A stretch of DNA of 64,000 nucleotides from positions 2,366,297 to 2,430,296 of the forward strand of contig NW_002060951.1 in the NCBI RefSeq assembly GCF_000150275.1, read 5' to 3'. The DNA comes from Trichoplax adhaerens (taxonomy: Eukaryota; Animalia; Placozoa). The notes beneath the pieces are model-generated. The model made no database searches. It saw only the letters and a list, made by a program, of their open reading frames with translations, and was not told where the DNA came from. The first letter of the stretch is position 1; each line of letters starts with the position of its first letter. The position numbers and the translations under genes are program-made. Shown here piece after piece: positions 13,380 to 43,770 of the stretch.

Positions 13380-13555
13380 GGTATCTTGTACAGTACGTTC
13401 TGTACAGTATACTGTACTGTACTGTAACTGTAAGAACTAAAAAGGACTGTACCGTACAGTACAGTCCAGTACGTACTACTGCTACAGCCTGTAGATCTGA
13501 TACGGTAACTACTCGAGTAAAAGAAAGAAAAACACCAACATTGCTACAGTACAGC
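13380..13555. repeat. TACAG/TACTG array upstream of the snoRNA-host locus
   Basis: tgtacagtatactgtactgtactgtaactgta...gtacagtacagtccagtac lies directly before a 5' exon with donor G|GTACGT at 13617. Confidence 0.8.
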
Positions 13556-13583
13556 ACCAGTTTCAGGCACGCCACCTTGGCAC

Positions 13584-14891
13584 ATGGCTACAATAATGGA
13601 GTCTGGCAGTGAAAATGGTACGTTGCTAACTATTAGGTTAATTAAATCGTAAATCGACATATTTCGACTTTGAGCATATTTCCAGTTTGATTTCTTCTGA
13701 CTTTTCTAAATAGTCAAGCCTCGTCTTTTTCAGCTTACAACCGAAATAAAACACTTTGCAACAGTTCAGAATGCATGGTAGCTTGCAGGAGCTGGGCAGT
13801 GGGCAACGTGGCCGCGATCGGATTCGAAAATTCGTGAACCACTGTACAATTAATTACAATTTATTATTGAAAAGTACAGTCTACATATACATATACATAT
13901 GTATCTACAAAAAATCCGCGTATGTTGTCATGTCGACAACTACATCGAGATAAAAGTGATGTTTTTGACCTAAATTTGTTAACATTTACTGTATTTGATA
14001 TTAATATACAGTACTATACAAATGATGCATCACACGACGAAGATTTTTGTTCTACTGTAGATTGATCCGATTACAATATACGGTACAAAATATATCCAAA
14101 TCCTCTCTCATTGTAATAATAATAATAATTATTAGTCTCAGAGATTTTTACAACAACGTAAAGATGTTGTAGCATTAATTAATAAGCATTTCAAGTTAAA
14201 AGTTTATAAATGGACCTCCAATCGTTTACTCTGAGATCATCGCAACAACAACTGTAAAAGGTATGATTTATCTGCCAATATTGGCTACTGACGTAAACTC
14301 TTTCTTTGAAGTTGCATGAAGCAAATGATTAGTGTAAGCTATAATATATAATTTAAGGAGTCATGGATGTTCCACATGATGAAAATCACGACGGTCATCT
14401 GAACTTACAGTAAATGATGCATAAATATCTGTAATCGGACCTGATGGGCATCGTGACTTCTTTTAAGTTAATCAGTGAAAATCATTTAGTATTCTATGGC
14501 AAGTTCGTGTTGATATTTATTAACTCTTTTTGCTCAGCTGATAATAATAATCAGCAATTCTTCATTTTAGAAATAGCGTAAACTTTAAGCATTTCCGTTT
14601 TGTTACTGTAATCCACTGCTTGTCGCACAACATCGTTAATCTATTTAATCTTTTCCTTTATATCTATCTAGGCTTTCTCTGAGACCGCTCTCTATGAAAT
14701 GGATGGCATATGCGTAGACATGCAGCATGCCAAGCTGTGAGTCTGCGTTGTGCATGACCCCTGAAGGAGCTTAAGATGTGTAAAATCACAAAAAATAGGA
14801 TAATAAAATTTTTGATGATAATGGAAATCGAATTAGTTTTATTTTACTCTGCAACAGCCTAAAGTGATTTAAAAAAAGCTCTTGATTCAAG
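13584..14891 (+). other. Putative spliced snoRNA host transcript (lncRNA or sORF)
   Basis: Upstream pentamer array, several + strand donors (13617 GTACGT, 13919 GTATGT, 14260 GTATGA, 14736 GTGAGT, 14891 GTAAGA) and acceptors (13713 or 13733, 14570, 14671, 14857). Only short ORFs (MATIMESGSEN..., <50 aa). Contains a box C/D snoRNA in a putative intron. Exon structure is uncertain. Confidence 0.45.
14371..14449 (+). ncRNA. Box C/D snoRNA, SNORD35 (U35) / snR73-type guide for LSU rRNA 2'-O-methylation
   Basis: C box ATGATGA 14376-14382, D' CTGA 14399-14402, C' ATGATGC 14414-14420, D CTGA 14441-14444. Flanking stem GGAGTCATGGATGTTCCA / TGGGCATCGTGACTTC has G-U pairs. The D' guide TCACGACGGTC (14386-14396) is complementary to the conserved LSU rRNA sequence GACCGUCGUGA, in the same D'+5 register as U35. 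Confidence 0.82.
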
Positions 14892-16347
14892 GTAAGATTG
14901 GACTGAAATTGCTGAATGATATGCTGTAGACATCATTGGATTCGGATAAGTGCAGAATCTATGAAGCTGTATGAACTAAACATAAATCTATGATACTTAC
15001 TGATTAGTGTTATTGTTAACAATGTCGCAAAGCGATGAGCGGCGGTAAACTACCGTTCTAATACAGGTACACTCCTGTCTGTATGCAATGTCATCATCTG
15101 TAACAAAATAAAGTCAAATACGAAGTTTTTTTCTTCGAAACGATGTAGTAGCCTGATTGACTTCATGAATTCGAATAAGCTTAGACCAGTGTTAATTGTT
15201 CATAATTAGTACAAGTGCACACACTGTAGGAAACCGTGAACCGCGTTTCAAAAATCCTCAAAACATGTTCCAAAACCATAAAACGCGTTTCCATTTTTGC
15301 AAATATACGCCTGGAACGCGAACCACGTTTCATAAAATATCGTTGAACCACGCAACTTTGGCTTAAACATACATGACTCCCACTGGTGAGCGGGTGCAGA
15401 GTTAGAATTTTCTTTTACCTTTGATATGTGTAAGCAACTGGTAAGAGTAACTTTGGACAAGTAAGGATCATGACTTAAAAGTTTGATGTACAGTGATACT
15501 GAATATATACGCATATACGAAGATTTTATAAAAATTACTTAATATTTACTATAATCTTAAAATACCTCTCTGATCATAATAATTGGGTACTTGACAGTTT
15601 ATCTAATAACCTCATGTAGATTGAAGAAAAGAGGTCTGCTTTATGATTAACGTTTACAATACCAAACGTAATTTGTGAAGTAGCTACCGAATTATAACGC
15701 AGATTCATTTCTAGTGATAAAAATAATCGTTATTATGCTATAACCTGCCCCTCTCTCTGAATAGGGCCAAAATTAACGATCTTTTAATATAAGTTGTATA
15801 ATAACTAATCACGTTCAAGTCGTCAACATAGTAACTGATACATGTTCGTTCGACATCATTGGTATTAAAAATTTATTTAATATATAAAATGTATATATTT
15901 TACAAAAATCTAATAAAAACTTTAGTCTGTTGATGAAATACATATAAAAAGTGCGAATTTAAGTTAATAAATCCAGCATCGCATAGTATTATTCCTGCGA
16001 TACATACGAGCATGAAAACAGAATTTATTTGGTTAGTTCCTACTTCGCTATCATATTGTACACATATGAAAATATCACTTTTCATCCGAAAGTTTGAGTA
16101 ATGGATTCTCGCTTATCTACATTGTCAAAAAATATTTGTGACCAATACATCACTAATCTACTATACGTATTGTGCTTTTCAAAAATTTTTAATTCCAATC
16201 AGTAGTAATTTGCAGTACTGTGATCTTATCTCTACTAACGTTAGCTTTGTAACAATAATTCATGAACAACTATAACATTTACATGGTACAAAATGTTGAT
16301 GAACTCGTAAATTTAAAATAACTGTGTTCAGAATAACCGTGAGATAT

Positions 16348-19300
16348 TCATTTCAGATTCGTTTTCTCGTCTCCTTCGTTTTCTGTGCTTTGTAGTAACC
16401 ATTTTTCGCCGATACGCTGTTCGCTTTGCACATCACGTAGAATCATCATCGCAACCTTCCAAGCCATTTCGTCTTCACTCTGTAAAAACGAAGTGATTAT
16501 TCGGTCTTAAATACTTGCAATTAGTAATTTTAAAACAGCAATGTCGAACGATTTCATATTAAAAATTTACAATCAGATTGCAATATTATAACCTGTTGGT
16601 CTGGTGCTCGAGTAATCTTTTGCATCGCCCGTGTTAATCGTGAACCTATCAAGAAATAAAGGCGTTAGCCGGCTATTGATGTAGATTAAAAAGTTTATTT
16701 CGAATAATTTAACATCCCCAACCAGGTTTCTTCTTTAGCCCAGGTTCAGGCTCAGCTTCAGTGACAAATCTACCATACTCGTCAACATAACCAAAAGATA
16801 GAGGCCTCAAAGATAACAGTAGACTTAGGACCAGAGAATAGCTAAAGGAAAGTAACTGATCAAAAATATACCTGTGAAGCGTAGCTTCTGCTGCAGATGG
16901 TTCAATTTTTGCAGAACCTTCCACTGCATTATTCTTATTATTCTCTACCAAGTTCGGCGCAACGTCAGAAATATCAGCAACCCTACGTCCAATGGCTTGC
17001 AAACTAATTGCTTCCAGTTCCTCATCATCTTCGTCACTACCTTCCATTATAATCAATTTGACACCCGCTATGATATCACTCATTCGTTGTGATGAATTAA
17101 CCAATTCCGATAAGTACTTGAAATAAAGGCTACTATGCAAAAAGCTTGGTAAAAAAACCTTAAATAAAAGTGAAGATAAAATACTAGTAAGATGTAAATA
17201 TTTAAAATATTAATAGTTACTTGATAATTCTGTAAATAAACTACATACCTCCTCAATCATGAAGTAAGTATATTTCTGAGGTGTTTTAAAACAATCTACT
17301 GTAGGCCCAGATTCCTGACAAATGTTATTTTCTATTTCAAAGCGTACAATATCATCAATGCCAAGAGATTTCGTAGCTTGCAAAGAAAAATATCTGAAGA
17401 AAAATAAAGATAATATTATGGCTTCTCTTTCGAAGTGTTTCAGAAATTGGTGAGCCGCTGCACTTGAAATATGAACGCTTTTGCTTACTTATTATATATT
17501 ATCATTGCATCATCTTGGGCTTCACTCGCACAGTACTTGCCAGTCTCTTTTGCCGTTACTAATTGCTGTCGAAAATTTTCCGATGTTTGCCAAAACTGTA
17601 GATAGTTTAAAGCATTTTCTTGCTCCATGAACTAGGCATACAAAATAAGAAAACAGCACAATATTCATTGGTGTGTTGTGTTAAACACATACAAATCCTT
17701 AAACTTTGAATAAGCTATTATCATTATTTTATTTAAGATTACTCAATCAGCATATACCTCCATGAAGTAGAACATTGCCATCTCATTATATAATATGTCT
17801 GCAACGCTAATTCGCGTACTAGTTAATATATCTACTTGATAATTACTATACATTTCACTGCATAAAAAATATGGAAAAATCCTAATAATAAATATAGAGA
17901 AATATGCATTCAGTCTAGTGAAAGGATTTTGATAATTAAAATTTTAACTTTTAAATATAAATTAGAAGAGCAATAGTACTTCAATACATCACTATCATAA
18001 ATACGTTTGTAATATACCGTTCCATTTTATTAAAGGAAAATTCTTGGGCTTCTTTAAAACAATCAGGCAAAATTCGTCCGTCCTCGGAACATATATTGCC
18101 TGGAGAATGATAATCAAATGTATATTCAATAATGAAATTAACAAGTCCATTTATGTTTTTAAACCTCTAATTGAATGCAGGCATAATTTTGTTAATAAGT
18201 AGATCTTAATATCGAACTATAATCTTTTAAAAAGTTTGTATTCACCTTCTATTCTTACTCTTATATCTTCACTTAATCGAATTTTCTCAGTAGCCTCAAG
18301 GGAAATATATTTATCGTATAAGCTTATAGCATCGTTTTGGATGGCTATGAATGAGAAATTATGAATAGAAGATCTTCTAATGATACCATCATAAATATAT
18401 ATACGACTAATCGTATTAAATCTGAAAAGAGATAAAGATTTGTCTTACACTTGAATATCGAATTTTTGTCGACTTGTTCATGGTTATTACAATCTTCATC
18501 TATTGCTTGACTATTAACCAGAGGATGGGAAGAAACAAAGCTCTCGACAGCAAGCCAAAAACGTAGTAAACTAACAGCTCTTATACTATCCATAAATTCA
18601 ATAAAATACGGTAGAGAATTTTTATCATGAAGTACTTCGGTTAGAGTTTTGTTCAGGCGAGAAAAAGTAACCCAAGCTGTGTCTATTTTGCCACTGTTAT
18701 CCTATTTGACAACGAAAAATTTTAATATTCAGACATAACTATAATATACCTCAGTTAAAAGTATTTTATTACAGATATATGCTAATTATGGTATAATTAA
18801 GCACATTTTAGTAGGCTGAAGTGGAATGGAAACATAAACAGACCTCTCTGGAAATAGCAGACATCAAAGAACGCGTTACAGTCTGCGTAATGCTTTCGTC
18901 TTCATTCTGGTCAAGTAATTTAACATCTGGCTCAAAACTTGTCGATTTGCTTCTCATAATTGGAGATTTCTTGTCATTAACGTTCAATAATTGGGATCCA
19001 GTGTTGTCAAAGACCGCACTGTCATTGCTAATAGCGGACGCGGATACGTTACTGTGGTTGGCGCGGTTATCCTTTTTGGGAGACTTACTATTATGATCCT
19101 TAGGTCTATTTCTACTTTTACTTTTACCATTTCTCCTTAAATCATCTTGTTTACTAATTCTAACTACTTCCGCTGACGGGCTACCTTCGAGCCAGTCGAA
19201 GCTATGCCCTTCACTATTTCGCCTTCTATGTCCTGTATTAACGCCATCGGTAGTTTTGTCTAAAACAATTAGATAATCCGAGCATTTAAACAAGACTTAT

Positions 19301-20424
19301 TTTAAGACAGTAAATGAAACTGATCATATAGGTAAACCTATCAAGGATAAGATAGCTAATATTTCATGAAGTAAATACGATTTATCAATAGCAACTACAG
19401 TATTCCATAAACAGGTCACATTGTAGAACAGTTTGGTAACAAATCTAATAAGGCATTTAATAATTCTTTCAAAGTACCGATTTATGACATACGAGACCGT
19501 AGCATCAACACGGTGAAATCTGTCATATCAATGCATGATGACATGATTATGACATTAACGAGAAGGTTAAGGTTATGTTACTGTACCTGTACAGTGTACA
19601 TGTGGCCACTTAAACTATTGACTAAAGTTACGTTACCGAATCAATCACTCAGGCACTGAGGCAAATTCGCAGTACAGCATACTGCAGTTAACAGTAAGTA
19701 GAAATTACAGTAGCAATCGTAATTGCAATACTCGCACAATATATTCTATTTTATTTTATAGTAGCTTCGCGCTGCATTGCTTCTATTATTGGATAACTAA
19801 TTTTTTCTTTGATTATATAATCTGTTAGTCTGTTAGCCATTTGTTATGACTATAGCACTCTTTCAATACCTGAAGATAATAATCATTATTTATAATTACT
19901 GTAAATAAATATATATAAAAAGCATTTAAAAGCCTCGATAATAAACTGATTGGTTTACTAAGTAAAAAGTCCACAGTAAGAGTAATCCTGTATTAGTCCT
20001 TTGCTAAATGAATTTAGATTAACTGAGAGAACTCTTCACCATTAAAAGCATGATATGAATTCATGACTACGAAATCAGAACGTAGTTTACATCGTAGATA
20101 AAGAGGGACGAAGCACAAATACGAACAGCTGTAAGACAAAACTTCTGGGTACATTCTTCCTGCACACGATCAATTTTTGGTGAAGGCAAGTACAGAGTGA
20201 ATAAGAAGGAAGTTCACAAACAGTAAAAATACTGCCGTAGACTATCGTGTACAGTATTGTGCTGTAGTGCATAATCTGTTTACCGCTTGCAGCACAGCAC
20301 TGCAACGACGCCAAGCATTGCAAATGATAAGTAACATTAAACGTGATCATAATCTCATGCTAACCTAACAACAGATATTCTTAGAACTGTTCCTACCTGC
20401 CTTACTTTTAAATAATCTCTTCAT
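16348..20424 (-). CDS. AKAP10: A-kinase anchor protein 10 (D-AKAP2) with two RGS domains and a PKA-binding helix
   Basis: Spliced exons give SRLNKTLTEVLHDKNSLPYFIEFM...LLRFWLAVESF, AIQNDAISLYDKYISLEA, MFYFMEFMEQENALNYLQFW, AQDDAMIIYNKYFSLQATKSLGIDDIVRFEIENNICQESGP, SFGYVDEYGRFVTEAEPEP and DEMAWKVAMMILRDV. Stop at 16348-16350. The first exon 20397-20424 (MKRLFKSKA) is phase-compatible but tentative. Confidence 0.9.
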
Positions 20425-20839
20425 TGTGAATTAACAATAAATGTGATATGCCATACAGCCTCCAATAATGCGTATGTAAGTTTTCATTAAATACGATACT
20501 AGGATTTCTTGAAATGTATTCTCAGCTTGGCTCGCCTCGTTTAGCCAATACCTTTTATCTTACAATTAATTCACCCCTTTTTTTAACACTTTATCACAAA
20601 GTAGAGAATACTATACAGTGTAATCAATCATTAAAGGGATGGGATAATCAGTTTAGTTCACTTAACCTAAATTAAAGGACGAGGATATTGTAAAGGCTTG
20701 ACTGATAATACAATCATCGGATTACAAATCATTGCAGTGATTCTACTGTATATGACTATATACAGTATACACAAGCCGAGATGCGTCTTTTACTACCATC
20801 TGTCTAATGTCGCGAAGGACTTGCCAAAAGAAAGTCCCG

Positions 20840-21065
20840 GTACGTACGTACAGTACGTACTGTACAGAGTACAGTATGATGGACTGTATCGCGTTCTATC
20901 AAGACCATTTGAAGAAACTCATCCTGTACTGTACAGTACTGTACTGTACTGTACTGTACTGTACTGTACGTACTGTACAGTGTGGATAATGTACTGTACA
21001 CTGTACACTGTAAAGTCATACAGTACTATACAGTACAGTACAGTACAGTATTGTACTGTACAGTA
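20840..21065. repeat. TACAG/TACTG array upstream of AKAP10, overlapping the putative pseudogene
   Basis: (gtact)n and (cagta)n runs, e.g. 20925-20978 and 21030-21065. Confidence 0.9.
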
Positions 21066-21210
21066 TTGGGAGTAGAACTCTCGCTCGTTCTATTTTATCG
21101 CCTATCGTTGTGTAAAATGTTTATTTCATTGAATTGAATCTAATTTAACCCTGATTATGTACAAGGGCTGCAAATCAATAGTTCACAACTACTGTATTCA
21201 AGAGAGTACT

Positions 21211-21425
21211 ACATAGGATGATAAGAGTAGATGTACAGTACTAATGAATTAATGATATAACAGCTATATATTATTATGTAGTGTATGTTTTAGCATCAAA
21301 TTACAAGCTAATTTTACATAGGACGATAAGAGTAGATGTACAGTACAGTACAGTACTAATGATACAACAGCTATATATTATTATGTAGTGTACTGTATGT
21401 TTTAGCATCATTACAAGCTAATTTC
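21211..21425 (+). repeat. Recent ~105 bp direct tandem duplication
   Basis: 21211-21315 and 21316-21425 both read acatagga.gataagagtagatgtacagta...acagctatatattattatgtagtgta...tgttttagcatca..ttacaagctaattt. Confidence 0.9.
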
Positions 21426-22941
21426 ATTGGCCATGGGAAGGGTATTCGATGAAAACTGTAACAAATGCTGGATTACTTGTCCCTGACTTTTGAGTAGCTC
21501 GCCTATCCCCACGCCTTGACTCGAAGTTGACTCCGGGTATCATGCCTTTATAAACACCTGTACGGTAACATCGATATTATTAAATTTTGAAAAGTAATAC
21601 CGTACTGTACTATCGTTATTATGTCGGAACATTACAAGGAAACTGGAAACGTTTGCTCATTGGCCTGACATTCATGACGAGGCATCATTACAAGAAAGCA
21701 AGAAAACGCTTGTTCAATGGCTTAATCCCCACGATTTTCCTAGCTATGCCAATGAGGAAGCGTTTCTTGTTTTCTTGTAATGATGCCCCGACATAATCGT
21801 TACACGTTGCTATTTTAGGATCAAAATTGTAGTCTAAATTACTGTATTACTCCCACAGTACAATACGAATACACTAAATTCGTAACATGGTTTTTAATAT
21901 AGGACGTTGAGAGGTTGTTATGCGATTGTTACTGAACGTTAAGTTTTTACCCGATGGGTGACAGGTACTGTATTTGTACAGATGAACGGCAACGGCTTTA
22001 CCGGCGGCCAAGCCATACCGTAGATCAGTGTTCTACAGAGCTCGATGACATGGATGAGGTCATTAACGAGCATTGAAAGCTAATTGAACTGGCCATTTAA
22101 TCAAGGCATTGGACAGAATGTATTTTGGACTAGTCGGCTCGATGGTTAATTGATCTAAACTTGAAATCGTCTGACCTTATAAATTCGAACAATATCAACA
22201 GTACTTGTGTGTACAGCATTTAAGATAACTTTGCAATAATGTTCACAGCGCTACAAGTGGTCTTAGTGTCATTTATTCGAATGCTGTTCGTTGTCGTACC
22301 AAACAAAACTAGTACACAAACACAATTTTACTCCCATATATGTACAATATAAGAAGACCGTGTATCATGACCGAAGCAAACGAACTACTGTATAATATTC
22401 ACAAATAATAAAATGAAGTATAATTTCTGCTGCATTTTCTCATTTTCAAACAGCCCAAAAAGGAGAATATCTAAATTTTTTCATTCATAGTAGTACACAT
22501 ACATCAAACATAGTATGTATATAGACCATGCTCTAGGACACAGCTCTTAAATAAATACATACTACAGTAAGGTTTATAAAATAAAACAAAATAATAGCAT
22601 ATACGCTCTGAACTTGTATCAATTGTACAATATCTATTTCATGGTAACACAATTTGGTAACCTCAACTTAAGGCTTTTATATCAATGTGCAAAGGTAGCC
22701 CTAGGATGTTTACTGGGACGACTTGAAAGAAAGTCTAGCTAACATCACAATATAAGCTACATTTTTAGAAAATAATACTTTCGATTTTAACAATCTGCTA
22801 CTGTATATACTGTATACAAACTTTAAAGAATTACATATTAGATGAATGACAGTCAATACTTGCAGCTGGGCACCATTATACACGTATGCACATATAAATA
22901 TTTGCAGATCTGCAAATACATCTGCATGAAAGACTTTTAAA

Positions 22942-41738
<18,797 letters not shown>

Positions 41739-42234
41739 GGATGTCCGATGACATGAAATGGTAATCTCTCTCTTATGTTAGGCAGATATCGTAGTACGTA
41801 CAGTAGTAGATATATCCTCTACTTTATAGTTTCATCCACTTAATCATAAGAGTTGATGGCTTCTAGAACGCCGGATATAAGGCGATTTCAGTCTAATTTA
41901 CTCGTATACGTAAAGTATCTGCCCTCTAAACCATTCACTAAATTATTACTCAGTAAAGCAAGGTATCGTACAGTACTACGTAGAATGATTGGTTAGTTAA
42001 TTAAGTTACCGTAAGACCAAAGCATCTTTTACAATGTATTTGAAGGGTACAGCAATTGTCCAAAATTACTCATTACTTTCTTATATTAATACTGTCAAAC
42101 TGTTATTCCACCATTCACCAGTAACGGCAGCAAGTCACACAACATACAACACAATATCCTGATTATAATTATCATTAATGATTTGCAAGCTGCTTATTTC
42201 GACACGGTTTTGTTTTTACTGTATCAATTATACA

Positions 42235-43770
42235 ATATACAGTACTGTCTGTGCTAATACGGTACAGTACTTACTATAATTATTACAGTACGATACCGCG
42301 GACTAACAACCATTCGAAAGACGTCATACTCAGTTGATATACAGTAGGTATTGTACTGAACAGTACACTACTGTACACTGTACAGTATAATAAAAAAAGA
42401 AAGAAAAAACTTTTATCTTTTTACCAGATCAAAGACTACTGTACAGTACAGCATGCTCCTTGCACGATCTCTACAGTACTGTACTGTACATCATAATACA
42501 ATACAGTAGTACTATACACAGTACAGTATAGCGCACAGTACTGTACTGTACATTGGGATCCGATTTCTTCAATGCGTTTGAATAGTAAAAACTAAAAACT
42601 ATAGGTAAAACGCTTAAAAACGATTAATCGTTATGAACCTTCCTATACAGATAGATCTCTTATTATATATTAAAATCATACATTTGCGATCATTTTTGTA
42701 CAAATTGATGCAGAAATTGTAATATCGAATCCATCGGATCACGTCGTGCATACAGTACAGTATTACGACACAGTGCAATAACCAAATCCATACTGTACTG
42801 TACTGTACTGTACACTGTACAGCATTCAGTGTCGTCAATCTTTCTTTTCAGCTTAAACAGTAATTCTCCAGAATTTACTGAAAAATTTTTTAAATTGGAC
42901 ATTTTACTGGACAGTGGCCCGGCAGGGCATTATCTTTTTCTGATTTATTAACAGATTATTTCTATTATTGAGGAATTTTTACTTCTGTACTAACTCAAAT
43001 CGTTTAACATTAAACCGGAACCTGATCCAGTGATGCATTACATACGGTACTGTAGTAATTGTAATAGTGTGTACTATACTGTACACTTGAAATATCTTTT
43101 ACCGTGCGACTGTACTCTACTGTACCGTCTGTACGGTAAGAGTATGATTGCAGCTGGTTCGTCTGTGGTTACGAATTTACTGTACGTAATTGCTAGCGAA
43201 TCTGACATGGAGGAATACGAATTCTTCCACCCCACTATCTTTAAACCGCAAGGAACAGTTTTTAGCGGAAAAATACAGATAATTATTCACATATCTCTTG
43301 ATTTTAAGAGTTGGGGGCATATTACTGACCACACGCCCAGAAATCTATAAATAGCCATACACGCTACAGTATACAGTGTACAGTTCGTCGTACAAAATTT
43401 TAAAATACTGTAATCTTCGTACTGTACTGTACTGTACTGTACTGTAGTGCTCAATAGAGACCCTACAGTACTGTACAGTACAGTGCTGTACTTTATACTG
43501 TACTGTACAGTACTGTACAGTATTCACTATTCAGTACCGTTCCGTAGTACTGTACAGTACTGTACTGTACTGTACTGTAAAAGAAATCTCGATACAGCAC
43601 AGTACTGTACATTAAAGCGTATAGCAGAGTTCTGACTAGTGAGCATTAGTGTTAGGATTGCTTTCATTTTGTCTGCATGTCTACAGTACTGTACAGTACT
43701 GTACATCCCTCTGTAATACTGTACTGTACTGTATAGTACTATACAGTCTATACTATACAGTGTACAAATG
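42235..43770. repeat. Multiple TACAG/TACTG arrays in the divergent NF1 / KMT5A intergenic region
   Basis: Clusters at ~42235-42555, 42750-42825, 43045-43135 and 43360-43770. Confidence 0.9.
43240..43346 (-). repeat. Dispersed repeat copy A, homologous to 61480-61596
   Basis: The reverse complement AGATTTCTGGGCGTGTGGTCAGTAATATGCCCCAACTCTTAAAATCAAGAGATATGTGAATAATTATCTGTATTTTTCCGCTAAAAACTGTTCCTTGCGGTTTAAA aligns to 61480-61596 with scattered substitutions and 3 small indels. Confidence 0.85.

Larger units (their letters stand above)
20807..22223 (+). pseudogene. Probable decayed protein-coding gene of unknown family
   Basis: GC-richer, protein-like segments: MSRRTCQKKVP|, YDGLYRVLSRPFEETHP, RKLETFAHWPDIHDEASLQESKKTLVQWLNPHDFPSYANEEAFLVFL*, and after an acceptor at 21902 DVERLLCDCY*TLSFYPMGDRYCICTDERQRLYRRPSHTVDQCSTELDDMDEVINEH*KLIELAI*SRHWTECILD*. 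In-frame stops at 21933, 22074, 22098 and 22131. Confidence 0.4.

Noticed and set aside
14687-14770. SECIS element for a TGA-containing sORF
   Set aside because: The helix above the AUGA/GA motif is far longer than a SECIS helix II and lacks correctly placed apical adenosines. No recognisable selenoprotein ORF is present.
13584-15500. Telomerase RNA, U3 or U17 candidates
   Set aside because: There is no CUAACCCU-type template, no U3 box pattern and no U17 m1 motif.
20830-20840. GAAAGTCCCGG resembling the RNase MRP CR-I motif
   Set aside because: No matching CR-V/P4 partner is seen, and it runs directly into the pentamer repeat.
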